Source: an uncultured Acidobacteriota bacterium (lineage in GTDB: Bacteria > Acidobacteriota > Terriglobia > UBA7540). From it: a stretch of DNA of 64,000 nucleotides. The first letter of the stretch is position 1, and each line of letters opens with the position of its first letter. Under the pieces are notes generated by a model, which worked only from the letters and a program-made list of their open reading frames with translations, was not told the DNA's origin and made no database searches. Positions 50,544 to 60,712 of the stretch are shown piece by piece. The DNA lies in NCBI GenBank assembly GCA_963804995.1, contig CAWDSK010000005.1, positions 96,001 to 160,000 of the forward strand. Direction: 5' to 3'. Both the position numbers and the translations under genes were made by a program.

Positions 50544-51878
50544 GTGAACCAGGCCCAGGAAACTCCGCGAGGCGTGGAATTTGCCGGCGGCTCGTCCGCG
50601 GGTGGCTTGCTTTGTTGTCCCGCAAGATCCGCGTGCTGCGCGCCGGGGACGTGAACGAGCAAGGCCCCACACTGTTGGCGGTCAGTCACCCCGCGAGCTT
50701 TTGGGATGCGTTGATTCTGGCCACTGCCTTTGAGCGCCCCGCCTGCTGCCTGGTGCCAAGGGAAACGGTCGAGGGCCCGCTCGCCAGGTTCTTAGCCCGT
50801 GGCTTGGGCATGATTCTTTCTGAAAGTGCAGGAGGTCCTGCGGAGGAATCAATACAGGCGGCGGTCGGGGTTCTGGCAGGCGGGGGAAGCTTGGTGGTGT
50901 TTGCTGATCAAACCCCCGCGTCGCAGGCCACGGCCGGCGCATTTGCCTCCCGGGTGGCCTCCCTGGTGGGGAACGCGGAGTCACAGCTTGCCGGGCGCCA
51001 GGTGACGATCCATCCTGTGCACCTTTTCCTGTCCTCGTCGCAATCGCGCGAGTTGTTGATTTACATTGATTCCGCCTTGGTTCGCCCGGCGGCTGGTCAA
51101 GCTGCTGACGGGGCTACGTCCATCGTCGCCCAGCTCAATGCAAGTTTTCAAGAGAACGCCTTCCGGCTTGCCCCCGCAGACCTCGAATACTTTCTCGCCG
51201 ATCTTGAGGAAGTGCTGCGCGCTGGTCTGGAGCAGGACTGGTCGTCACGTCCGAACTGGAAACAAGATACCGAGGGTTTTGTGCTGAGCCGGTTTGTGGC
51301 CGACTGGGTCCGGCAGACAAACACCTTGAATCCGGGACGGCTTGTAGGCCTGCGCGAGTCACTGGAGAGCTATCGCCGGTCTCAAGCAGCAGTTGGCCTT
51401 GGGTAAGTTGAAGGTCGAGTCGGCGAGCTCCTGGATGCACTCCCGCCTGCGCCGGGCGATGGTGTGGCTGGAAACCATAGTCGGCCTGCCGATTGCCCTC
51501 TATGGCCTTGTGAATCACCTGGTAATTGGAGCGGTACTGTTTCTGAGCGGTTCGTTCAAAAAGGACAATTCCCGTGACCGTACCACAGAGTGGGTGATTC
51601 GCGGCGCAGTTGCATTGGCGGGGTATGCTGTCCAAGTCTTCTTCGTGGCGCATAGGTGGGGGAGAGCCGCAGCGGGGTATTACGCTCCGACCTTGCCGGC
51701 AACGGGCCTCTACCTGTGGAGATACCTGTGGTTGCTCGAACACCAGACCCGCCCCTTGGTCACCTCATTCAGGAGTCCGGCTTCGACCTTGAAAGCCCAA
51801 CGCCTGCGGGAGGCGTTCCTGGAAGAACTTGATAAAGTATTGACTGATTACGAGGCTAGAGCGAGTGTTCCGCGGTGA
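50540..51878 (+). CDS. Glycerolipid acyltransferase-like protein, split by a +1 frameshift near 51380
   Basis: GPTLLAVSHPASFWD (HxxxxD motif); the downstream ORF 51393..51878 supplies TM helices. Confidence 0.7.
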
Positions 51879-52258
51879 GGGTGTAGGCGGCGGTCCACCC
51901 TCTGTCGCCGCAGCGACCGAGGGCTGAACATTCGAATCGATGGAGCAAAGTGTAGCGCAGACCTCCGGGGTTGAGGTCTGCGGTTCTTCATTCGATTCAC
52001 GCTATGAACCTCGCGGGCGGCGCTCAGGGTTGAGATCCGAGATTTTTCACACGAAGAGCCGCGGACCTCAACCCCGGAGGTCCGCGCTACGATGGCTCCG
52101 AAGGGAACATCGAGAAATCAAATTAACTCGCACCTCGGTGCGCGCGGCGACTGAGGGGCCGGGGTGAAAGGGTTCGAGGGTCAATCTGGGACCTTCCCAG
52201 CTCACGTGAACAGTATTGGATTTCCCGAGGCGTTCTCACCTAATCCTGCGAGGCACAC

Positions 52259-53215
52259 ATGGCACTCTTTCTTTCGGAAGCCAACGTCCGCGACCTTCTG
52301 CCGATGGAACGCGCACTGGAGTGTGTTGAGGCGAGTTTTGTGGCGCAGGGCAGCGGCAAGGCCACAAACCGTCCGCGCGAGCGTATTTTGTTGCCGCAGG
52401 TGTCTTTGCACTACATGGCGGGGGCGCTGCCGGAGTTAAAGCAGATCGGAATGAAAATCTACACGGTCACGGCAGAGGCCCTGAGATTTATCGTTCTGCT
52501 TTTTGACACTGAGAGCGGCAAGCTTCAGGCTTTGATCCAGGCTGACCACCTGGGGCGCATCCGCACCGGCGCTGCCAGCGGTATCGCCACCAAGTACCTG
52601 GCGCGCCCCGAAGCCTCGCGGGTGGGGTTGATCGGCACAGGCCGTCAGGCGCGCACTCAGCTTGAGGCTATCGCCAAAGTCAGAAAACTTTCCGGGGTGA
52701 AAGTCTTCGGCCGCGACGCGAATCGGTTGAAAAGCTTTTGCAGTGAAATGGCGGAACAACTGGGTGTTGCCGTCGAACCTGCGCCCAGCCCCGAGGCAGC
52801 CACCCGATTTGGTGAGATTGTGACTACGGCGACCTCTGCTCAGCAGCCTGTTGTGCACGGCGAGTGGTTCGAGCCAGGGACACACCTGAATGCCATAGGG
52901 GCGAACATGCCCAATCGCCGAGAACTGGACGATCAAGTCCTTACGCGCGCGGGTCTTATTACGGTGGACTCTGTGGAGCAGAGCCGGGAGGAATCCGGCG
53001 ACCTTATCCAGGGGTTCAAGAATTTGGGGCGAAGCTGGGATGCGGTTGTGGAACTCCACGCCGTTGTGACCGGCAAGCATGCGGGCCGGTCCTCCAAGGA
53101 GCAGGTCACCCTGTTCAAGTCACATGGTATTGCCTTGTGGGATGTTGCCGTGGCGAGCTATATCTACCGGCGCGCGCGGGAAGAAGGAAGAGGGAAGGCG
53201 ATGGAGATCGATTAA
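52259..53215 (+). CDS. Ornithine cyclodeaminase/mu-crystallin family protein
   Basis: RTGAASGIATKYLA, IGTGRQA, HLNAIG, LFKSHGIALWD. Confidence 0.92.
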   Translation: MALFLSEANVRDLLPMERALECVEASFVAQGSGKATNRPRERILLPQVSLHYMAGALPELKQIGMKIYTVTAEALRFIVLLFDTESGKLQALIQADHLGRIRTGAASGIATKYLARPEASRVGLIGTGRQARTQLEAIAKVRKLSGVKVFGRDANRLKSFCSEMAEQLGVAVEPAPSPEAATRFGEIVTTATSAQQPVVHGEWFEPGTHLNAIGANMPNRRELDDQVLTRAGLITVDSVEQSREESGDLIQGFKNLGRSWDAVVELHAVVTGKHAGRSSKEQVTLFKSHGIALWDVAVASYIYRRAREEGRGKAMEID

Positions 53216-53226
53216 CGAGCCGGCCT

Positions 53227-53598
53227 TTAACTTGCTGCTTTCTTCTGCGGGGCCTCCGTCTGGATTTCAATCTTCTTGGCCATGATTTCTCCGCTCTCGG
53301 CCAAATCACCCGCCACGCTGATCCTTATTCCGACATGCAAATCTTTGGCCGTGCCGGGGGTGCCATCCTTCTTCTTTATTTCCGTCGTGTCGCTGTAACG
53401 AACGTGGAAGATGATGTTTTCCTCCGTGCTCACCGTAAGCCTCTCTCCCGCGATGGCGGTGATCTTGCCTTCCAGCGTAAAGTTCATGTCCTGAGCTGCG
53501 AAGGCTGAGGCCATGGGGGGAGCGGTCAGCGGTGTCGAGGGAAGTTGCAGAACCAGCAGCAGGAAACCAACTATTGCAGCTATGAGGTTTGAGCGCAT
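53227..53598 (-). CDS. Exported OB-fold (DUF5666-like) protein
   Basis: Signal peptide; LEGKIT..TEIKK..DLHVG.RISVAG..AKKIEI. Confidence 0.7.
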   Translation of the reverse strand: MRSNLIAAIVGFLLLVLQLPSTPLTAPPMASAFAAQDMNFTLEGKITAIAGERLTVSTEENIIFHVRYSDTTEIKKKDGTPGTAKDLHVGIRISVAGDLAESGEIMAKKIEIQTEAPQKKAAS

Positions 53599-53742
53599 CG
53601 GTATTCTCCTTGTCTTAACCAATGCGCGTATTCTACCGCTTCCTGGGAGTGTTGTCGCAGATTCGAGAGAGGAATTCCTGAGTGAAGCCTCGCGAGACGG
53701 AAGTAATTCTAAATCTCTGAAATCCTAGAGCCCCGAGGACAA

Positions 53743-54075
53743 TTATTGATCAGGGAAGCTGACTCCGAGCAGACTGGTTACTTCCTGAGAGTATTCAACA
53801 CCCACTTCGCCCGCCCGCGGAGTTCCTTCGCGGCCAATCCAGACCACTTTAAAAACCCCGGACTTGTGCCCGTGCCGGGGCTGGACCTTCACGTGCATCC
53901 CGACATGCAGGGGCAAACGCGTCTTCACCTTCGCCCCAAACTTGCTGATGGTAATGATCTGTGTGTCTTCCGCGAATGGCTGGTTGTTCGCCAATATCCC
54001 TGAGATTTTTACAGGGCACCCAATGTTGACGCGCCCGCTTCGGCGCACGGGGAGCGAACTGGTGGTTTTTCCCAT
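53743..54075 (-). CDS. PilZ-like domain protein
   Basis: RRSGR motif, ISKFGA, VVW..VGVEY. Confidence 0.7.
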   Translation of the reverse strand: MGKTTSSLPVRRSGRVNIGCPVKISGILANNQPFAEDTQIITISKFGAKVKTRLPLHVGMHVKVQPRHGHKSGVFKVVWIGREGTPRAGEVGVEYSQEVTSLLGVSFPDQ

Positions 54076-54234
54076 GGCGTACCTCGCTAACACTCTGCCC
54101 GGATAAAGTGCAAGAACCCGAGCCTAATTGTGAAGCAGAACTAGCCCGTATTCCAGTCCACAATATAGAATAACACACCCGGAGCCTCGGGGCGAGGCAG
54201 GCGAGGATCCGGGATTAAGGAGGGACTCTCCCGA

Positions 54235-54684
54235 ATGCGAGCGGTGGTGCAGCGAGTCAAGCGGGCGGAAGTTCGAGTGGGAGAAGAGGTCGTGGGCCGG
54301 ATTGAGGCAGGCCTTCTGGTACTGGTCGGGGTGGGAAAGACCGACACCCAGGCGAGTGGAGAGGTCCTGGCGGAGAAGATCGCGAATCTGCGGGTCTTTG
54401 ATGACGACCAGGGAAAGATGAATCGCTCGCTGCTGGAGGCCGGAGGACAGGCCCTGTGCGTGTCTCAGTTCACGCTCTACGGTGATTGCCGAAAGGGCAG
54501 GCGGCCGAGTTACGATCAGGCGGCTCCACCTGACGAGGCCCTGCGCCTTTACGAGCGTTTCGTTGAATCCCTGCGCAAAATCGGCGTCCGGACTGAGACG
54601 GGGCGATTCCGCGCCATGATGGATGTGGAACTTGTCAACGACGGGCCCGTGACCTTGTTGCTCGATTCGGACCGGCAGTTCTGA
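54235..54684 (+). CDS. dtd: D-aminoacyl-tRNA deacylase
   Basis: [24 protein letters not shown]. Confidence 0.97.
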   Translation: MRAVVQRVKRAEVRVGEEVVGRIEAGLLVLVGVGKTDTQASGEVLAEKIANLRVFDDDQGKMNRSLLEAGGQALCVSQFTLYGDCRKGRRPSYDQAAPPDEALRLYERFVESLRKIGVRTETGRFRAMMDVELVNDGPVTLLLDSDRQF

Positions 54685-54789
54685 CGGAAGGAGTTAGGAG
54701 CTAGAAGTAAGAATGGCGTGAGCCCGGTCCTGCCTACTACCTCCTCACTCCTAACTCCTAACTCCAACTTCCAACTTCTAACTCCTGCT

Positions 54790-55611
54790 TCAGAGTACGA
54801 TTTCCAGGACCTCAAAGGCGGCGCGAGTGTTGGGGAAGCGAGCCCAGGCACATTTCTGAATTTCGTCGATGGCCTGATCGCTGCTGTCCGGGTCGTGGTG
54901 GAAAAGGATCAGTTGTTTGACTCCACTCTCCTGGCACACGCTCACCCCTTCTTCCCAGGTGCTGTGACCCCAGCCTTTCTTGTCGTTGTTAAGTTGAGAG
55001 CGTGAGTACTGGGCATCATAAATCAGGATGTCAGCGCCGCGGCTAAGCTCGCGAATGGTCTGGTCGCTTCGAGGGTTCCCCGGTTCGTTATCGGTGGCAT
55101 AGACAACCGATTTCCCATTGTTCTCAATGCGGAAAGTCAAGCAACCTTGCGGATGATTGACCATGCCAGACCGGATGCGGAAATCATCGAGTTCGAAGGG
55201 GTCCACGCCAATTTCCGTATAGCGGCGCTGGGCATGCATAGCGGTCATGTCCACGGGGAAGTAGGGGTTGCTCATCTGCCCCCCCAGGGTACCCTCAAGG
55301 GAGATATCATGAGGTCGATAGGAATACATGTGGAATTGATTGGCCGGGTTGTACAAAGGGACGAAAAAGGGCAGCCCCTGGATGTGATCCCAATGAAAAT
55401 GGCTGATCAGGATATTGGCGCGGATCGGCTGGCCTCGGAACTCCTTCATCAGCGCCTTCCCAAGCATTCTCAGGCCGCTGCCGCAATCCACGATAAGCAA
55501 GGAGCCGGCGTCCGAGCGCAATTCCAGGCAGGGCGTGTTTCCACCATACCGCAAGTTCTCGGGTTGCGGGGTTGGTGTAGAACCCCGGACCCCCCAAAAC
55601 TTCAGCCGCAT
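54790..55611 (-). CDS. MBL-fold metallo-hydrolase
   Basis: FWGVRGS, YGGNTPC, SHFHWDHIQG, GWGHS, FHHDP. Confidence 0.93.
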   Translation of the reverse strand: MRLKFWGVRGSTPTPQPENLRYGGNTPCLELRSDAGSLLIVDCGSGLRMLGKALMKEFRGQPIRANILISHFHWDHIQGLPFFVPLYNPANQFHMYSYRPHDISLEGTLGGQMSNPYFPVDMTAMHAQRRYTEIGVDPFELDDFRIRSGMVNHPQGCLTFRIENNGKSVVYATDNEPGNPRSDQTIRELSRGADILIYDAQYSRSQLNNDKKGWGHSTWEEGVSVCQESGVKQLILFHHDPDSSDQAIDEIQKCAWARFPNTRAAFEVLEIVL

Positions 55612-55769
55612 ACGGTTTTCCTCTGTATAACCACCTGGGAGAGCGCCGTTAATTCGTATACCAGATTATTGAGTTGACGCCAAGAGGAAAGTTGCAAGAA
55701 AGGCGTTTGGCACCCTTTTTGAGGGGTTCCGATGGTGGCCTGTGGCCCCGCCCTACTTCTTGTCCAGGG

Positions 55770-57308
55770 TCACGGGGAGACTGGTCCGAGATGGTCGTGA
55801 CGAAAGAGAATCTGGATTTCTTTGCGCCACGAATCGTTTATGCCCAGCAGGATGACCTCAATCTTGCTGTCAAAATACCGCAGGACCTTCTCATTCGTCG
55901 AATGGAAGCGGAAGGCGGGCGAGACCAGATACAGCAACGGAGCCTCTCGGGAAAGCTCGTAACCCTGGAAATACCCGAACTCTTGAAATTGGTTGCGGTC
56001 TTGCAGCCACTTTACGCGCAACCAGTAATCCAGCCCCTGGAGGGGCAGGTTGATTTCCTCATGAACCTTCAACTCAACCACGGCCAGACGGCCTCGGCGG
56101 GTCGCGGCCAGAATATCGATGATGCCGCGATCGGTTCCTGAAAAGGCCGGAACTTGGGGATACACCCGGTCGGGCGACAGCGCGGGATCAAGACGCGTGA
56201 TGTCCGCGAGGAGCAGGCTTTCCAGCCAACGCTCGGATTGCAGCCGGTAGAGCTCATCCTGAGGATCGGGGCTGCCAGCGCGGCGGACCTGGCGAACCCG
56301 GCTGAGAAAATCCCTGAACTCGCCGCGCCGGGATTCGTCCAGCCGGCGGAAGTTGCCCTCCAAGCCGAAGTAGATGCGCGGTGCGAGTTGCCCCTCCACG
56401 CGCGCCACTTCCAACCCGGCGATACGCAGCGACAGGAAGGTGGCGGCGGAGTCAGGAATGATGGCGACGTGCTCGAACAAGTTCCCCAGTAGTTCCCTGA
56501 GCAGGCCTTGGTGTTGGTCTATCAATAGCTCCGCCTGGCGGCGGGGGGCGAGGCGGGTTTCAACATTGCCGTAATCATTCAGGTCGACGGGGATGGGAGA
56601 TTGCTGGCCCACATGCCAATCATAGATTTCCAGATGCAGCGCCGTGCGATTCAGGTGGGCGGCGCGATGCGCAATCACGCTGATCGCCGCCGGCGGCAAG
56701 AACAACTTCAAGCCTGCAACCACGACGCGGTCGGAGCGGCTGCGCAGCCAGTCCAACCAAATCAAGCCGAAAGCCAGAACGGCGTCCGCGGCGGCAGGGC
56801 CTTCCTCTTCGCTGAGGCCCAGAAATGCCCAGGCCGTCGTGCCTTGCCTTGCCACCCCACGCGTGTACCAGGCGGAAAAGGAATACTCGCGGTCGGAGCG
56901 ACTGCCCACGCGGTCGAATTGCCACCCCCGGTATTCGCGCTGTAGCATGGAGAGCAACTGCTCGCCAAATCTCCTGCGCCCCGTAGCGCGTGCCACGACG
57001 GGTGATGATCGGAGGTCACGAAACTCCAGGGTGGTGGTTTCTCGGGCCCCACGTTTGCGCACAAAAATTCCAAAGCAGTCGCGGTCGCGATAGGCCACCT
57101 CCTCCACTCGCCGGGAGATGGACTTTCCCGAATTCCAGGCGCTGAAGATCAGCTTGCCAAATTCGATCGTCAGCCGCCAGCTTGCGGACGTGAGGTCCAG
57201 CAGCGCGATATCGTCTTCCATCAGGATGGGATGAGGAACGAGCCTGAGGAAGGACTCGATCTCGCTTTGGAGCTCGCGTAGCTGCTCGGGTTTGGGAGAA
57301 GATGGCAT
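55770..57308 (-). CDS. Hypothetical protein with a C-terminal PD-(D/E)xK nuclease-like domain
   Basis: ERWLE..QVPAF..GIIDILA..LAVVELK..LQGLDY. Confidence 0.7.
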   Translation of the reverse strand: MPSSPKPEQLRELQSEIESFLRLVPHPILMEDDIALLDLTSASWRLTIEFGKLIFSAWNSGKSISRRVEEVAYRDRDCFGIFVRKRGARETTTLEFRDLRSSPVVARATGRRRFGEQLLSMLQREYRGWQFDRVGSRSDREYSFSAWYTRGVARQGTTAWAFLGLSEEEGPAAADAVLAFGLIWLDWLRSRSDRVVVAGLKLFLPPAAISVIAHRAAHLNRTALHLEIYDWHVGQQSPIPVDLNDYGNVETRLAPRRQAELLIDQHQGLLRELLGNLFEHVAIIPDSAATFLSLRIAGLEVARVEGQLAPRIYFGLEGNFRRLDESRRGEFRDFLSRVRQVRRAGSPDPQDELYRLQSERWLESLLLADITRLDPALSPDRVYPQVPAFSGTDRGIIDILAATRRGRLAVVELKVHEEINLPLQGLDYWLRVKWLQDRNQFQEFGYFQGYELSREAPLLYLVSPAFRFHSTNEKVLRYFDSKIEVILLGINDSWRKEIQILFRHDHLGPVSP

Positions 57309-57458
57309 GACGTGGCGGTTGGTATTATAGTCATACGCCGCTGGCGAATGCGCGGGAGGTTTCCGAGGCTTACATGCTTCTGGAGATATACCAACGCCGG
57401 CAAGTGGCAATGCGTTTGACGCCACCAGAGTATTTCTCCGTTTCAGGAGCCGCCACCT

Positions 57459-59579
57459 ATGAGCAAACGTCTCCTTTTCCTCTTACTACCGTCTCTTCTC
57501 GTTTTCCGCATAGCTTTTGCGCAAGACACCGAATACCGGCCCAAGGGCTCGCAGATCCCAGGGCCAGCGCGCGCCGCAGATTTCCCGAAATGGCTCGAGG
57601 ACGTGCAGCACTGGCGCATGGAACGGCGAATCCGCCTCGGTTATGACGGGGCGCAATACGAGCGGCCGGAGCTCCTGTGGACCCAATCAAGCTTCATCCA
57701 GCCGCAGATGATGATTCACGATCGATATTTCTACGATCCCGTCGCGGGCAAGTACACCGTCGACCGTTATCTCAATGACTTGGAACAGCGTTACGGGGGC
57801 ATCGACAGCGTGCTGATCTGGCAGTCGTATTCCAATATCGGGATCGACAACCGCAATCAGTACGATATGGCACGCGACATGCCAGGTGGCATTGAGGGAT
57901 TGCGGCAGATGGTTGCCGACTTCCACCGGCGCGGCGTGCCGGTGCTTTTTCCGGTGATGGTTTGGGACCAGGGCACTCGTGACGAAGGCGTGCCGAACTC
58001 GACCGCTACGGCTCGCCTGCTGGCTCAAATCGGAGCCGACGGCGTGAATGGCGACACGATGGACGCGGTGCCGCGCACCTTCCGGACGGCCTCCGATGCG
58101 ACCGGCCACCCACTGGCGCTGGAGCCCGAAGACCTGACGAATGACCTGGGCCTCGAGTGGAACAACTTGAGTTGGGGCTACTGGGATTATTCCTTCATTC
58201 CCACGGTCAGCAAGTACAAGTGGCTGGAGCCCCGCCACATGGTGAACATCTGCCGCCGCTGGGGGCGCGATAAGACCGATGACTTGCAGCACGCGTTCTT
58301 TAACGGGGTCGGCTACGAGAGCTGGGAAAACATTTGGGGCATCTGGAACCAGATCACGCCACGCGATGCTGAAGCCTTGCGGAGAATTGCGACTATCGAG
58401 CGCGCCATGGCTCCGGTGCTGGTCAGCACGGATTGGGAGCCGCACACACCCACACTGCAATATGGTGTTTTCGCGAGCAAGTTTCCCGGAAAGGGTCGGA
58501 TCCTGTGGACGATCGTCAATCGCAATGAATATGACATGCCGGGCCGGCAGATGGAAGTCCCGCACGCGCCGGGCACACGCTACTACGACTTGTGGCATGG
58601 CGTCGAGTTGAAGGCGGATATTCAGGGAAGCACTGCCACGCTGAGCTTCGAGGTGGAGGCGCACGGTTACGGAGCCGTGCTCGCACTGACCAGTGAGCCG
58701 GACGAGTCATTGCACAAGCTGCTGGCGCGCATGAGCGAGCTTTCCCAGAAGCGCTTACAGGATTTTTCCCACGAATGGAAATTCTTGCCGCAACAACTTG
58801 TGGAAATCGCCGCGACGAAACCCGCCTCCACAGCGCCTGCGGGAATGGTGCGAATTCCGGCCGGAAAGTTTGATTTTCGCGTATCGGGCATCGAAATCGA
58901 AGGTGAGAACGATATCGGCGTCGACGTGCAATACCCCTGGGAAGACGCCCCGCGGCGGAACCATGCGAAGGCGCTCGATATGAGGCCGTTCTATATCGAC
59001 AAGTTTCCAGTGACCAACGCGGAGTTCAAGAAGTTCCTCGCCGCCACGCACTACCGCCCCAAGGACGAACGCAACTTCCTGCGCGACTGGAAAAACCAGA
59101 TGTATCCGGAGGGCGGGGCGAAGAAACCAGTCACCTGGGTTGGGCTCGAAGACGCGCGCGCCTACGCCGCGTGGGCGGGCAAGCGCCTGCCGCATGAGTG
59201 GGAGTGGCAATACGCCGCCCAGGGAACTGACGGCCGCCTGTACCCATGGGGCAACGAGTGGAACGCCTCCGCCGTGCCCCCGGCGGAAACGCGCCGCGTG
59301 ATGCGCGCTCCCTCCGACGTGGACGCTTACCCTAAGGGGGAAAGCCCCTTTGGAGTGATAGACCTGGTCGGCAATGTCTGGCAATGGACAGAAGAATTCA
59401 CCGACGAGCACACGCGCGCGGGCATCCTGCGGGGCGGAAGCTATTATCAGCCGCAGGGCTCAAGCTGGTATTTCCCGCAGGCCTACAAGTTGAATGAGCA
59501 CGGGAAATATCTGCTCATCGGTCCCAGCCTGGACCGCTCCGCCGCCGTAGGGTTCCGCTGCGTGGTAGATGCGGAGTGA
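57459..59579 (+). CDS. Exported protein with an N-terminal hydrolase-like region and a C-terminal FGE/SUMF1 domain
   Basis: Signal peptide; VTNAEF, RLPHEWEWQYAA, YPWG, DLVGNVWQW, RGGS, VGFRCV. Confidence 0.88.
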   Translation: MSKRLLFLLLPSLLVFRIAFAQDTEYRPKGSQIPGPARAADFPKWLEDVQHWRMERRIRLGYDGAQYERPELLWTQSSFIQPQMMIHDRYFYDPVAGKYTVDRYLNDLEQRYGGIDSVLIWQSYSNIGIDNRNQYDMARDMPGGIEGLRQMVADFHRRGVPVLFPVMVWDQGTRDEGVPNSTATARLLAQIGADGVNGDTMDAVPRTFRTASDATGHPLALEPEDLTNDLGLEWNNLSWGYWDYSFIPTVSKYKWLEPRHMVNICRRWGRDKTDDLQHAFFNGVGYESWENIWGIWNQITPRDAEALRRIATIERAMAPVLVSTDWEPHTPTLQYGVFASKFPGKGRILWTIVNRNEYDMPGRQMEVPHAPGTRYYDLWHGVELKADIQGSTATLSFEVEAHGYGAVLALTSEPDESLHKLLARMSELSQKRLQDFSHEWKFLPQQLVEIAATKPASTAPAGMVRIPAGKFDFRVSGIEIEGENDIGVDVQYPWEDAPRRNHAKALDMRPFYIDKFPVTNAEFKKFLAATHYRPKDERNFLRDWKNQMYPEGGAKKPVTWVGLEDARAYAAWAGKRLPHEWEWQYAAQGTDGRLYPWGNEWNASAVPPAETRRVMRAPSDVDAYPKGESPFGVIDLVGNVWQWTEEFTDEHTRAGILRGGSYYQPQGSSWYFPQAYKLNEHGKYLLIGPSLDRSAAVGFRCVVDAE

Positions 59580-59770
59580 TTTCAACTTCGGAGGAGTATG
59601 TCATCCTGGGGCAAATGGGATTGCAGCCCGGAAAGCAGAGCCTGGTGGGAGAAGACGGCCATCAGTATGACCGGCTGGAAGCCGTCAATCCCGAGACCCA
59701 CTTGCAAGTGATTCTTTATTTCAACGTCGATCGGCCCTTGGGGCACCTCGAAAAGCTCTTTAAGAAATAG
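59576..59770 (+). CDS. Short ORF, possibly the C-terminal fragment of a DUF4919-like protein
   Basis: VISTSEEYVIL..KQSL..YDRL..LYFNV; GTGA overlap with the upstream gene. Confidence 0.4.
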   Translation: MISTSEEYVILGQMGLQPGKQSLVGEDGHQYDRLEAVNPETHLQVILYFNVDRPLGHLEKLFKK

Positions 59771-59784
59771 GAAGGGGAGCTCTA

Positions 59785-60213
59785 GTGCAGATTTCGGATG
59801 AATACTCGTCGCTCGACCTGAAGCTGGCGGAAACAATTCCTGAGGGAATCCCCGGCGCGGGTGACCTGCGACTGGACGTTGAGGTCCACGTCGCGCAATT
59901 CACGGGGCGCAACGAGACGGTTTGGGTGAGCCAGGTGGAATTCGAGCGGTTTCTTTTGGATCTGCAGCGCCTTCAGGAATCGCGCTCGGGTGCGGCAGAG
60001 CTTGCCAGCATGAGCCCTGAAAAATTCCATCTTGGGGTGCGTGTGGCGGATTCCGCGGGACACGTGGAGGTTGTAGGGGAATTAGGCAAAGTGCATTGGG
60101 GAGGGCGCGCCCGGCGGTCGCTCAAGAATCAGATCGCCTTCGCGATGGACTTTGATCCCACTCATCTTGCGAGCCTGCTGGAAGACTTTCGCGGGCTCCG
60201 CACCATGCTCTGA
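59785..60213 (+). CDS. Hypothetical protein (142 aa)
   Basis: GGAG RBS and a coherent ORF. Confidence 0.65.
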   Translation: MQISDEYSSLDLKLAETIPEGIPGAGDLRLDVEVHVAQFTGRNETVWVSQVEFERFLLDLQRLQESRSGAAELASMSPEKFHLGVRVADSAGHVEVVGELGKVHWGGRARRSLKNQIAFAMDFDPTHLASLLEDFRGLRTML

Positions 60214-60267
60214 CTTTGATTCCGCCCGTGCGGAGGGCTCGAAACTGCGGGGCCCGGTTACGCTAGT

Positions 60268-60639
60268 TCAATCTTTCACCGTGGGGTAACCCGCCTCCTG
60301 CCAACCTCGCCATCCGCCGTCCATCGAGATGACGTCCGTATAGCCCATTTTTTGCAGATTGTCGGCCACCAGCGCGGACCGGTAGCCCCCGCCGCAATAG
60401 AGCACGATCGGGGTTGCCTTGCCCGGCACGGCATTCTCAATATCGCGCTCGATGATGCCTTTGCAGATATGAACGGCGCCGAGCAGGTGGCCCTTGGCCC
60501 ATTCACTCTCCTCGCGAACATCAATGAGTGTGAACTGGTCTTTGGCGTCAAGCCGTTGCTTGACTTCCTGAACGTTGGTTTGACGAATGCGCGTCTTGGC
60601 GTCATCCACGAGCTTTAGAAATCCAGGGGCATGTTTCAA
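60268..60639 (-). CDS. Rhodanese-like protein
   Basis: LIDVREESEW..GH, YCGGGYRS, MDGGWRGW. Confidence 0.92.
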   Translation of the reverse strand: MKHAPGFLKLVDDAKTRIRQTNVQEVKQRLDAKDQFTLIDVREESEWAKGHLLGAVHICKGIIERDIENAVPGKATPIVLYCGGGYRSALVADNLQKMGYTDVISMDGGWRGWQEAGYPTVKD

Positions 60640-60712
60640 CAGGAACCTCCGTGGCCGGTAGAATCTTACTGCCGCAATTTATCCGGTCAGCGCGATCTGC
60701 CCGTTATCGCCA

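Noticed and set aside
57459..59579. FGE domain as a diversity-generating retroelement target
   Set aside because: No reverse transcriptase and no second copy of the 3' region in the window
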